Part shown: one piece after another, positions 27,163 through 41,972 of the stretch
How the letters are laid out: each line of letters starts with the position of its first letter
Position numbering within the stretch: the stretch's first letter is position 1
DNA from: Octopus sinensis
Lineage: Eukaryota
DNA length: 64,000 bases
Direction: 5' to 3'
NCBI RefSeq assembly: GCF_006345805.1
Contig: NC_043004.1
Location: 24,552,001-24,616,000, forward strand
Notes under the pieces: generated by a model
Seen by the model: the letters and a program-made list of their open reading frames with translations, nothing else
Told to the model about the DNA's origin: nothing
Databases searched by the model: none
Translations under genes and position numbers: made by a program

Positions 27163-29239
27163 GACATAACTTACAAAGATTTATTTCTCGGTTGTTTTAT
27201 TTTCCGTCCCAATTTTTGGGTGTCCACCATCAAAAATCTACACTTTTTGTTTCGAGAACATGGTGACTTTGGAATGTTATGTCATCCATTTACAATGAAA
27301 TTTGTAATGTCAAAATACACACACATAAACACACATACAAACCTTTAGTCGGTCACTGTATTTTATTTAAATGTCATTACTTTATAATGTCATCTTCGAT
27401 GAGGACCAAATAGAGGCATGGAAGAAAACGAAGGAGCCTCAACGTGGTTTTTGCTGCATTAATAGCTCTTCCACATTATTATAGCCCTAGAATGTTTCAA
27501 ACCTTAAAATTTAATACAAATGGTTAGGGTTCATAAACTCTGTTGATCTTGCCTAATGAGTTCATATGATAATAGCACAACTGTCACTAGCGAAGGAATC
27601 TCAAAGATATTTTTACGACGTACGACGCATTGTGCAGTACTGTCCCAACATTCTTGCATCTAGGACAGTACGGCTGCTACACTCACACACGAACGCACAC
27701 ACAAACTCACACATACACACAAACACACACGCACATATACACACATAATCACATACACAAACTTATAAATTGTATTCAAACGAAAGTGAAAAACTCATCC
27801 AACTGATTGGGAAATATTCATACACCCAAAGTATTGCTCTACCTACTCTCGCTTCTCATTCTGTCCATTCTACCACCTCTCTAGGCGAGCTAAATGCGTA
27901 CCAATCTCTCCCTGGCCTACCCGAGGCATCCATCATTCTTCTTCTTACCAACCATCAGGTCCCGCAACTTTCATATTATTTAAACTTTACGCTCAGGAAT
28001 GTCAACTTTCCGGAATATCATTTACGTCCGAGTTTCTCTTACTTTCCTTAATCCGTACTTTCTATATGCGATGATCATGGACACACTCCCTTCTTCCACA
28101 TTAAACCATTAAACATAAATTTCATAATGTCTCTTCTAAGCTTTTACTGTGGGTTACGTTTGTAGTCTTTGTATGTAGGCATTTTGTGCAAGCTGTTTGT
28201 ATTGAGTCTTGTTATAGGATCTACGTGTAGACTGTTGTATGTTTCTGTAAGCGTTTTATTTAGGAATTTTATGTCGCCTTCTTATTTTAGCTACTTGTAT
28301 AGGCTGCTTGTATGAACCACTATACATTATCTTGTATAGGCTACTGTGAAGGTTTCTTATATACACGACTTTTGTAGTATAGCATACAAACAATTTGTGT
28401 TCTTGTAACCTGCGAAAGCTTGCATTCTTTTCTATTCTATCTCTTCAATTCTATTTCTGTTGATTATTGTTAAATATTAATCTTCCACACTTTCAATAAC
28501 TTTCAGTTAATTATTTATCTCACCTAACTCTTAACCTCTCTTCTTTAATTATCTCACATTCCTTTTAACCTAAGTCACCTTTCCTGAGAACCACCATAAT
28601 ATTTCCAAATATCTGTGTTTACTTTCATTTGATCCCAAAAGCATGTATCACTCATTCGACACTATTTGTTAATTAATAGTGTTCTAATCGCAATCAATAT
28701 TTACCTTCTGCTATTCCGTCTAAATATACTCTGTATCGAAATTTGAGTGGCGCTTAACTAAATATTGTAATTATCTCCCTTCGTGTGTATTCTTATTAAT
28801 TGACTTAAATGTCCGGCGAGTATATTATAATTGTAATTATTGATGAAATAGTTTGGTTATTGCTAGCAACTATTTCAATTATAATGAATCACATTAAAGT
28901 ATTAATTTCAGATGTTAACATTATTCTTTCTTAATATTATTGGGTCTATATCTAATTAACAGGTTCCAGGGGTAATTGCGCACTTCGTTCATTAATTGAT
29001 TCTAATTTTGCTTAGGCAGTCAACTCAATGTTATAAATCCTTATGAGTTATCCTGTTATCAAAATTACCTGTTTTCATTTTTAGTTCAATCTTCGTCTTG
29101 AATCTGAATACGACGAATCAATGCCTATAAACCAATGATCAAACTTTAGGAGTATCTTGACCTGCAAGAAATACCAACCAAAGCTTTCTCATATCGCATT
29201 TTTTTGTCTTAAAAAGAAAAGACACATTGGCTAATTCAT

Positions 29240-29520
29240 TCTAAAGTAATCTTCAGTCACTTAAGGAGAAAGATAAAAGCAAATTTAATGAAAGGTAGGT
29301 TGAGTGGCGAAATGGGGATGGCTAAATTGGCTCACATTAACTGTGGTAACTGTAAGCTGGTAAAAAGAACTAGGAGGATGCATTCATCTTTGGTGTATCA
29401 AAGTAATTTGGGGTTGTTTGTAAAGTGTCCCCTATTACCGTATGTCATGGCTCCTCCATGTCGAGGCATTTTTTATTGTTCTTGTTTTGTTTTGTAATAT
29501 TATCTATAGTTACCTATCTT
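29240..29520 (+). mobile_element. Very degenerate L1/Tx1 3' end
   Basis: FSHLRRKIK...MAKLAHIN parallels YHLKRKVR...VARMARMN at 22416-22643. Confidence 0.3.
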
Positions 29521-29761
29521 TGTATAATAATAACCGATATAAATGTTGGTTAGCTGCTTAGTTAATTTCACTATACATCGCACAAAGAAATGGGGAGAAA
29601 GAGTAAAAGGGACATATGTGAAGAATTGCAGGATACGTATACAGAAGGCAGTGTGTAAATGAAAGGTTTACACGTACACAATGAGGGAGAAAAACCATTT
29701 AAGAGAAGAGAAAGAGAAGAAGGAAAAGTAGAGTGGAGATGGAGTATATATATATATACAT

Positions 29762-29920
29762 ATATACGACAGACTTCTTTCAGTTTCCGTCTGCCAAATC
29801 CATTTACAAGGCTTTGGTTGGCTCGAGGTTATAGTAAAAGACACTTGCCCAAGGTGCCACGCAGTGGGACTGAACCCAGCACCATGTGGTTGGGAAGCAA
29901 GCTTCTTACCACAAAGCCAC
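29762..29920 (-). mobile_element. SINE family B head
   Basis: ttctttcagtttccgtctgccaaatcc...gcagtgggactgaaccc...ccacaaagccac. Confidence 0.9.
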
Positions 29921-29923
29921 TGA

Positions 29924-29954
<31 letters not shown>

Positions 29955-29994
29955 TGTGTGTGTGTGTGTGTTGCGTGTGTGTGTGTGTGTGTAT

Positions 29995-30175
29995 GAACAA
30001 GCAAGAAAGAACAACACGAGGACATGGAATAAGTACAGTGTTACTGGACGCTCAGGAAAGGAAAGAAAAGAAAGAGGATTTCACGTTTCGAGCGGACTTT
30101 TCATCAGAAACATAGAAAAAGTCTAAAGAAGGGAAGACGGAGAAAGAAAATCGCCAACGATACACTCGCGGTCGC

Positions 30176-30178
<3 letters not shown>
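29995..30178 (-). mobile_element. Short Penelope-type non-coding element with decayed minimal hammerhead
   Basis: Minus strand TTT-CTGATGA-AAAGTCCGCTC-GAAACGTG-AAAT at 30078-30112; homologous to 58461 copy. Confidence 0.65.
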
Positions 30179-30220
<42 letters not shown>

Positions 30221-30650
30221 ATAATATATATATATGAAAGAAATGAAGAAAATGCTGACAAAATAATTTAAGTAATTTAAGTAATTTAATTAGGTGAAAG
30301 TTCTTTTTACCGGTTGCGTATTTGTTATGCTTATCAAAAGATTAGAGTTCCTTTCTGATAGATTTTTTCCTCTTATCTGGAAATAAATATATATATATAT
30401 ATATATATGAGTAAGAGAGATTTTACTACCAGGGACACTTTCGTACTCCTGAGCATTGTCTTTTGGTCATGTGGCTATAATAATTCCCTTTATTCACCGC
30501 CAGGGGCTAGGGTATTTAAAACGATACAAAAACGAAAAAGACGTTAGGCAAACAGCGAATAAGAAACAAAGGTGAGACTTTAAGTAGGAGAGTGAGAACA
30601 ACAATAACAGTGAAGACTTATTAATAAAGAAACTGATGAGTTACCCGTAA

Positions 30651-31330
30651 TATGGCGGGTAACTTTCGAAGTATACTTTTGCTACAGTGGGTAATATGAG
30701 GAAATATGGCATAAACACAATAATTATAATTTGAATTGTATCAAATATCTTGGTACTTATACAAAACGATGGCATGAATATTAATTTCTCTCTCTTTAAT
30801 ACACAAACACACACACACATATTTATACGCATAAAGTTGTCCATATACACATACATACATACATACATGTGTATAAGCAAATACATATTTGTGTATAAAT
30901 ATATGTGTTTGTTTATCCTACATAAAATATGCAATATACACATGCATGCATGCATGCATGTATGTATGTATGTATGTATGTATTATGTATGTATGTATAT
31001 ATGCATGCATGTATGTATGTATGTATGTATGTATGTGTATATGCATATGTATATGTATGTATGTATGTATGTATGCATGTATGTATGTATGTATGTATGT
31101 ATGTATGTATGTATGTATGTATGTGTATATGCATATGTATGTATATTTATGTGTATGAATGTGTGTGTCTATCTGTGTGTATTAAAGAGGGAGAAATTAA
31201 TATTCATGTCACCATTTTGAATAAGTACCAAGATATTTGATATAATTTAAATTATAATTATTGTGTTTATGCCATATTTCCTTATATTACACGTTGTAGC
31301 TAAAGTATGCTTCCAAAGTTACTTGCCATA
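30651..31330. repeat. Foldback element: ~175-bp inverted arms around a microsatellite spacer
   Basis: 30651-30825 is the reverse complement of ~31155-31330 (shared gaggaaatatggcataaacacaataattataattt, atcaaatatcttggtacttat). Confidence 0.85.
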
Positions 31331-31715
31331 CAACTAAATGTACGCGACATAGTGACTCCATATCAAGAAAAACAGCACATGACCTTGCAGGTGGAGCCCA
31401 ATTAGAAATTTGTTTTCAGGTAGTTTAAGCAAGATGAACGAAATATGTGTTTTCAGTGGTGAATTTTTCAAATTCCAAAGAATTCCTCTCAACACACAGC
31501 AATGATACTTCTCCACTACTCCGATGCATATATCGTCAGCCACTAAGGGACATGCTCTACTGGTTGAGGTAAAGTAAATGACAAGCAAATCTGCTGTGCT
31601 GAACAGAATATTTGCTGTAGCCCATGCTATACACATAAAACATGTACTTGTTAACACTTCCAGTCAGTTAGGAGTAGAACCCATGAGAGCCATTGCTTGT
31701 TGTTGTATCTGTGCA
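31330..31715 (-). mobile_element. Family D retroposon, degenerate
   Basis: aacagcacatgaccttgcaggtggagccca...catgagagccattgc matches 3551-4106; adjoins (ATT)n. Confidence 0.7.
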
Positions 31716-31717
31716 AC

Positions 31718-31792
<75 letters not shown>

Positions 31793-31823
31793 CATCATCA
31801 TCATCATCACCATCATCATTATT

Positions 31824-31999
31824 AAGGCGGCGAAACGTTTAGCAGCATTTCGTCTGTCTCGTCTGTCACTATTTTCTGAGTTCAAATTCCACCGAGGTCA
31901 ACTTTACTTTTCATTCTTTTGAGGGTTGATGAATTGAGTACTAGTCAAGTACTGGGGTCAATGTGATTCAAATATCCCCCTCCCCAGAAATTTTAGGCC

Positions 32000-32067
<68 letters not shown>

Positions 32068-32129
32068 TATTATTATTATTATCATTATTATTATTATCAT
32101 TATTATTATTATCATTATTATTATTATTA

Positions 32130-32195
<66 letters not shown>

Positions 32196-32810
32196 TATTA
32201 TTATTAAGGCAGCGAGCTGGCAAAATTGTTTGCACGCCGGGCAAAATGCTTACGTCGTTACGTTCTGAGTTCAAATTCCACCGAAGTCGACTTTACTTTT
32301 CATCCTTTCGGGGTCAATAAATTAAGTACCAGTGAAACACTGGGGTCAATATAATCGCTTAGTCCTCTACCCTACCCTAAAATGGCTGCCCTGTGGCAAA
32401 ATTTGAAACCATTATTATTATTACTACTAAGGTGGCGAGCTGGCAGATTCACTAATACTTCGGGCAAAATGCTTAGCAGTATTTCGCCCATCTTTACGCG
32501 CTGAGTTCAAATTGCGACTTTGCCTTTCATCCTTCGATAAATTAAGTACCAGTGAAACACTGGGGTCGATATAATCGACTTATCTCGTCCCCTAAAATGG
32601 CTGCCCTTGTGGTAAAATCTGAAATCATTATTATCATTATTGCGGTATTTCGCCCGTTGCTACGTTCTGTGTTCAAAGTACGCCGAGGTTGACTTTACCT
32701 TTCATACTTTGAGATCGTTTAACTAAGTACCAGTTGAACACTGCGGTTGATCTAATCGACTCATACCTCCAACAAAACTTCAATCCTTGTGTCAAAATTT
32801 GAAACCATTG
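31824..32810 (+). mobile_element. Cluster of four co-oriented SINE family A copies separated by (ATT)n
   Basis: Copies start near 31824, 32207, 32428 and 32641; each has gagttcaaatt-like B box and gataaattaagtaccag-like core. Confidence 0.85.
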
Positions 32811-32848
32811 TTATTATTATTATTATTAATAATAATAATAATATTATT

Positions 32849-35153
<2,305 letters not shown>

Positions 35154-35829
35154 TATTATTATTATTATTGTTATTATCATCTTTGGTATTGATTTTCTTA
35201 TTCTTATTGTCTATTATTGATAGCCACAGTTTGTCATTGTTGTCATATCACTCTCTTTTAATATAATTGTTGCTACAGTTAACCCAGATTGGCACCAATC
35301 AAACTGGAAACCAAATTTGTTTATAAAAGATACATCAATATACCGTTTAACAAGACCATATTACCACAACAGGATTCATTTAATGACATACGTCAATCTA
35401 ACGATTTTTCGCGCTTATTTATTTCAGAGAATTTTCTTGCCATCTTCTTATTCCACACTTCACCGATGTTTCTCTCATTTCAAATAAATTTTCTTCTGTT
35501 TTTAAGATTTATTTATCAATTTATCTATTTATTTTTATAATTTTTTTTTTTTTCATATTTATCTGATATTAGTATATTTTATTCTTTGCCTAATCGCAAT
35601 AATCACTGCCACAGACACATCGGCCGCAACATCTGCTATCATCATCATCATCGTCCTCCTTATTCTCATAACTTCGTATTTGTATTTTGTTTTTTATTTT
35701 GCTTCTTTTTCTTTTTTTTTCTTCGTGCTTACAAGCTTCAACAAAAGGCTCTAATACAAAACACCTTTTCTGATAATAAGAGTTGTTCCAAAGAGGGGGC
35801 CATTTTGGCGGCATTCGCATGTTGGTTTT

Positions 35830-36490
35830 GATTGGCTGAATCGTTAGCGCGCTTAGTAACATATCGTCCGTCGGTACGTTCTGTATTCAAATTGCGGCGA
35901 GGTCGGCTTTGCCTTTCATCCCTTCGGTATCGATAAATTAAGTACCAGTGAAACACTGGGATCGATATAATCGACTAGTCTCCACCCCAGAAATGTGCAG
36001 CCTTGTGCCTCCAGTAGAAAGAATTATTGTGGTTGTTGTTGTTAATATTATTGTAGTTTAAAGCGGCGAGCTGGCAGAACAGTTAGCATGTTGGGTGAAA
36101 TGCTCAGCGGCATTTCATCTCTCTTCATGTTCTGAGTTCAAATTCCACCGAGGTCCACTTTGCCTTTCATCCTTTCGAGGTCAATAAATTAAGTACCAGT
36201 TGCGTACTGGGGTCGATGTGATAGACTTACCCCTCCCCCTAAATTTCAGGCCTTGTGCCTACAGTAGAAAAGATTATTATAATTGTTGTTGATATTATTA
36301 TTATTATTATTTAAGGCGGCGAGCTGACAGAATCGTTGGCACGCTGGACGACATGCTTAACAGTATTTCACCCTTCGCTACGTTCTGAGTTCAAATTCCA
36401 CCGAGGTCTGCTTTGCCATTGATGTAATCGACTCATCCACTCCCCAACAAAAAGAAATTACTGCCCTTGTAGCAAAATTTGAAACCATTG
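35830..36490 (+). mobile_element. Three tandem SINE family A copies
   Basis: Heads near 35830, 36060 and 36312; separated by ATT/GTT repeats. Confidence 0.85.
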
Positions 36491-36504
36491 TTGTTGTTGT
36501 TGAA

Positions 36505-37108
36505 TGAGAGAACATTGCATGCCACCAAAGTGACACTAGGGTACAAATATACGAAACCCAATATATATTTCTTTACTACCCACAAGGGGCTAAACACAGA
36601 GAGGACAAACAAGGACAGACAAAGGGATTAAGTCGATTACATCGACTCCAGTGCGCAACTGGTACTTAATTTATCAACCCCGAAAGGATGAAAGGCAAAG
36701 TCGACCTCGGCGGAATTTGAACTCAGAACGTAACGGCAGACGAAATACGGCCACGCATTTCGCCCGGCGTGCTAACGTTTCTGCCAGCTCGCCGCCTTAC
36801 ACGAAACCCAATATATCCATCATGACGACCCATCTGATAAGGATACACTAGACACGTGCATCACAACCACATGTGTGCGACGTGGTGATCTCATGACCTT
36901 TTCGAGGGTCCCAGTTAGAATTTTCTTCAGGTCGAGTAGTCCATCCCACTCAAATGGTCCCTGAATAAGGTTTGTTTTAAGGATGATGAAAAAAACACCC
37001 ATGTTTCCGGAGGTGAATTATTCAAACCCCAAAGAACTCTTTTCAACACATGGCTTTGATGCTCCCCAACTATTTCTGCTCATGGTCAGAGATACACATA
37101 TCGTCAGC
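36505..37108 (-). mobile_element. Family D retroposon, 5'-truncated, interrupted by a SINE
   Basis: Collinear with 3551-3930 once 36567-36816 is removed. Confidence 0.85.
36567..36800 (-). mobile_element. SINE family A (tail type 2) with 16-bp TSD
   Basis: acgaaacccaatatat at 36551-36566 and 36801-36816. Confidence 0.95.
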
Positions 37109-37111
37109 TAT

Positions 37112-37215
37112 TAAGGCGCTGAGCTGGCAGAATCGTTAGCACGCCGGGCGAAATGCTTAGTGTTATTTCGTCTGTCGCTACATTCTAAGTTCAAATTCCG
37201 CCGAAGTCGACTACT
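37112..37215 (+). mobile_element. SINE family A head
   Basis: aaggcgctgagctggcagaatcgttagc...aagttcaaattccgccgaagtcgac. Confidence 0.85.
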
Positions 37216-37375
37216 CTTTTATTTGCTTTCAGTCATTTGACTGCGGCCATAGTGGAGCACCGCCTTCAAATATTTTTGCCGAACAATTCGAGCCCAGAAC
37301 TCATTTTTTAAAGCCTAGTACCTATTCTATCAGTCTCTTTGCCGACCCGCTAATTTATAGATACATAAACACACC
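37216..37375 (-). mobile_element. SINE family B tail
   Basis: tttcagtcatttgactgcggccat...ctattctatcagtctctttgccgacccgct. Confidence 0.75.
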
Positions 37376-37486
37376 AACAGTGGTTGTCAAGCGATCGTGG
37401 ACAACACAGACACAACGTCACACAGATATATATATAGAGAGAGAGAGAAGGAGAGGAGAGAGAGGGAGAGAGAGGCGCAAGATGGC

Positions 37487-38005
37487 TGTGTTGTATGTTG
37501 CTTGCTTACAAACCACATCATTCTGGGTTCAGTTCCATTGCGTGGCGTCTTGGGCAAGTGTCTTCTGCCATAGCCTTGGGCCGATCAAAGCCTTGTAAGT
37601 GGATATGGCAGACGGAAACTGAAAGAAGACCGTCGTATGTATATATATATATATATATTATATATATATATATATATAATATATATATAATGTGCGTGTG
37701 TGTGTGTGTGTGTGCGTGTGTGTGTGTGTGTGGTTGTGTGTGTGTGTGTGTGTGGTGTGTGTGTGTGGTGTGTGTGTGTGTTTGTGTGTGTGTGGTTGTG
37801 TGTGTGTGTGTGTGTCTGTGTTTGACCCCCCCCCCACCATCATCGCTTGACAACCAATGCTGGTGCGTTTACGTCCCCGTAACTTTCGGCAAAAAGACCG
37901 ATAGAATAAGTACGAAACTTACAAAGAATAAGTCTTGGGGATCGATTTGCTCGACTAAAAGCAGTGCTCCAGCATGGCCACAATCAAATGACTGAAACAA
38001 ATACA
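37487..38005 (+). mobile_element. Complete SINE family B (tRNA head, internal TA/TG microsatellite, tail)
   Basis: Head gggttcagttcc...gacggaaactgaaagaagaccgtcg, microsatellite 37640-37815, tail ending aaatgactgaaacaa. Confidence 0.85.
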
Positions 38006-38009
38006 GAGA

Positions 38010-38049
<40 letters not shown>

Positions 38050-38212
38050 GCGACGGGCTTCTTTCAGTTTATGTCTACCAAATCCACTCACAAGGCCCTA
38101 ATCGGCCCGAGGCTATAGTAGAAGACACTTGCCCAAGGTGCCACGCAGTGGGACTGAACCCGGAGCCATGTGGTCGGGAAGCAAGATTCTTACCACACAG
38201 CCATGCCTGTGC
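38050..38212 (-). mobile_element. SINE family B head
   Basis: Closely matches 29762-29920. Confidence 0.9.
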
Positions 38213-38835
38213 CTTTATAATCATATAATCATGATATGCTAAAAAAATAACAATGTTTAACTTTCACCTTGATTTATTAAATATATGCATCAGGAGCAAA
38301 AGACTCTGAATAGCGACTCATTCAGACTCAGTTCTGAAAATACATTTTTTTCCGACTCTACTGAAGTGGTAAACTTTACACTCTACTTAGTAATGTTGAG
38401 TCTGTTCTTTCACATAACTGTATTCTTAAACAAGTGCAAATACTACCAACAGTTATATATACATATATACATGTGTGTGAGTATGTGTGTATATGTGTGT
38501 GTGTATGTATGTATGTATGTATGTAGGTATATGTAATCTAAGCTATTGCCTTATATGGAATAATACCAAAATTTCTTTTATTTCCTTTATGGGTTTCAGC
38601 CAGAGGCTGAGGCCATGCTGGTGCACCGCCTTTACTGCATCCGGGGATTTTTCCAGTATTGCTTCTAGTGAAGTAGCGATACATATATATATATATAGTA
38701 TATGTATGTATATGTATATATATGTATATGTATATGTATGTATATGTATATGTATGTATATGTATATGTATGTATATGTGTGTGTATATAGATATATATA
38801 TGCATATATATATAAATATGTGTATATATAGATAC

Positions 38836-39017
38836 AAACATACATACATACATACATACATACAAGCATACATACATACATACATATATACATACAAACA
38901 AACATACACACAAGCATACATACATACATACACACACACATACATACATACATACATACATACATACATACATACATACATACATACATACATACAAACA
39001 TACATACATACATACAT

Positions 39018-39048
<31 letters not shown>

Positions 39049-39170
39049 TACATACATACATACATACATACATACATACATACATACATACATACATACA
39101 TACACACACACACATACATACATACATACATACATACATACATACATACATACATACATACATGCATGCA
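38836..39170. repeat. (TACA)n microsatellite with interruptions
   Basis: Direct reading. Confidence 0.98.
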
Positions 39171-39708
39171 TGCATGCATATATATATGTTTGTATGTTCG
39201 TTCGCTTGCTCTTATGAATTCTAGTGCAAAAGAAATGTTATCGATAAATGAAATTTTTTTCAGGGAGACAAGGTAAATATACAGTGAAGAATTTGATGGA
39301 GTTATTTCCCCTACAACACATAGACTTGCGTCTACCATTGAAATAAATGGTGCTAATTCACTTGTCTAAGCTAGTAGCATCATCCATGGAAAGGAGAGAA
39401 AAAGCTACCTTCACAAGCTGTGTTCAGTTAAAATAGTCACAAAATTCCCATACTTAATATCCTGCTATCTTAAAAAAGAAAAGATATTAGATAATGTAGT
39501 TTTAGATATTCAAAACTGTGAGACAGTCAAGGTTGGTACGCTGGCTAGGTACTTAACAATGACAATAGTTTTGATAAAGCATGAAGACCACTCAATCCAG
39601 TTTATCTTCTTTTTATTCTAAATTCAAAGAGTAAAATTATATGTAAGAAGAGGGCGCTATTGTTATCTAATATGGATATAAAACTGTGTTGCATTTAGTT
39701 TCGTTATC

Positions 39709-39839
39709 TCAGTTTTTGCGTTTGGAACCCAACAGGTTCGATTCCTCGTTGCTATCTTCCATAGTGCAGGAATTTAAATGTTCACGCAACGAACGTGGGA
39801 TGAGAAATTCTAGCCAGAAGAAAGGAATGGTCGACTTGT
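39709..39839 (-). CDS. Candidate terminal coding exon, unknown protein (xKSTIPFFWLEFLIPRSLREHLNSCTMEDSNEESNLLGSKRKN*)
   Basis: Polypyrimidine acceptor ccttctacttctaccaactttactcAG at 39840-39841, open frame to TGA, AATAAA at 39617-39612; no homology recognised. Confidence 0.25.
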
Positions 39840-40121
39840 CTGAGTAAAGTTGGTAGAAGTAGAAGGGCTTATATGTTTGTGTGTATTTGTGTTTCTGTGT
39901 GTGTACATACATACATACATACATACATACATACAAACATACATACATACATACATACATATGCATGTGTATATAAATGTGTGCGTATGTATGTATGTGT
40001 ATATATATGATATATATATATATATGTACTATATATATATACGCACATATATATATGCATACTACAATGTATATATGTAAATATATATGTATATATACAT
40101 ATATTATATACATAGATACAT

Positions 40122-40176
<55 letters not shown>

Positions 40177-40693
40177 ATATATACATACATACATATATAC
40201 ATGATAAATAAGCCACACCATATGTGTGTGTGTATGTATATGTATATAATATATGTATGTGCGTGTGTGCATGTATGTATCTTATAATATTCCGAATGTA
40301 AAAGAGATTTAACTCCATATTAAGTTAAATACAAGCCATACCATACATAAGGCACTATCATAAACAGGCTATAGTATAGGCAGTACTATAGACATGATAC
40401 TTTTATTTGCAACGAGACGCTGTTGATAATACCTAACTATATGCAAGGCACAAAGTGCTACTATAAACAAGACACTATTGTAGTCAGAGCATTACTATAT
40501 ACAAAACATTACTACAGACCGGATTTATCCTTTAACTATTATAATATTCCGAATGTAAGAGGGATTTAACTCCATATTGAGTTAAACACAAGCTATTTCC
40601 AGTAAATGCAGCAAATGTGCAGGGGCAGGAATCCGACCATAATCTTTGACGGTGTTTAAACGATAGAAATGTGGTTGATATTTAAATTGAACG

Positions 40694-40899
40694 CGGACGG
40701 TGAGGTAGCAGAATCGTTAGCACGCCGGACAAATGCTTAGCGGCAATTTGTCCGTCTTTGCGCTCTGAGTTCAAATTGCGCCGAGGTCGACTTTGCCTTT
40801 CGAGGTCGATAAAATAAGAAACAGTTGAACACTAGGATCGATGTAATCGGCTTACCCCGCCACCGAAATTGCTGGCTTTGAGCCAAAATTTGAAATCAG
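40694..40899 (+). mobile_element. SINE family A with 15-bp TSD
   Basis: tatttaaattgaacg at 40679-40693 and 40900-40914. Confidence 0.92.
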
Positions 40900-41240
40900 T
40901 ATTTAAATTGAACGTCAACAGTTAAAACAGTTAGAGGTGATATCAAAATTTCTCGTATACACCCCACAAAAGCAGACATAGACCGAAATCCCTGATATAG
41001 CTTTTCTGAGAAATGAAGGCTGTCACGAAATGATTATAGAATCTCAATTCCCATTGAAAATTGCAACCATGGGACTTAGTCCCTACCTGAAGCAAGCAAA
41101 CGAGTGAATGTTAAAGCAGGTTCTCAAACATGAAGATACTCAGTGACAAAAAATGCAATGACCTTCGAGAAACTTAATTTGCCAGGTGAGTGAGTAGACA
41201 GGAGCCATTTTTATGTAGAGTGCCTTGATTGTAACTGAGC

Positions 41241-41625
41241 ATGTTCACTCAACCGTGTCGGCCCTCATTTTAGGCGCAAAATGTACTGTCACGTGACACT
41301 AGCGCACGGACGTAGCGGGAAACGTAAAAAGGGTTCTTAACTAAATCACATGTTCATTTTATACAAACACATGATGGAAAAAATTCAGAGCATTCGTTGT
41401 TTGGTACTGTGCGAAAATATGTTCAGTCAACCGTGTCAGCCTCAACTTACGATGCCTAACATTGTCACTTGATGCTAACACACGGACATAGCGGGGAACC
41501 TACAAAAACGTCCAAGATTAGTCATGTGACTATCCTCTACCAATCAAATCTTAATCAAAGTATATACTAATTTGAGCCATGAACTCCCTATAAAAGCAGG
41601 GCAAGCTTCAAACACTAGTCAGATG
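41241..41625 (+). promoter_or_regulatory. Candidate Pol II promoter (E-box/M-box cluster, CCAAT, TATA, Inr-like)
   Basis: TGTCACGTGACA 41287-41298, GTCATGTGAC 41521-41530, CCAAT 41540-41544, TATAAAAG 41589-41596, TCAGAT 41619-41624. Confidence 0.4.
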
Positions 41626-41779
41626 TAAGACAGCTACGACATAAGCCACGTCTTTCTATCTCAACTTTTTGAAAATCGGTGTAAATTGTGAAACCGGTTA
41701 AATCTTTAAATATAATAATAAAAACATATTTTTACTATTCTCAGTACATTTTCAACTTCTAGTTTCTTTTGTGTGGGGG

Positions 41780-41972
41780 TGGGTCTGTGTGTGTGTGTCC
41801 TTGGATTTATGTTTGTCCACCACAACCGGTGTTGGTGTGTTTACTTCCCGTAACTTAGCGGTTCAGCAATAAAGAAATAAGCACAGTGGGGGGTAGATTT
41901 GTTCGACTAAAATCCTTCAAGGCCGAGCCCCAGCATTGCCGCATTCAAGTGATTGAAACAAGTAAAAGATAG
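41780..41972 (+). mobile_element. SINE family B tail
   Basis: acaaccggtgttggtgtgtttacttcccgtaacttagcggttc...gaaacaagtaaaagatag. Confidence 0.75.
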
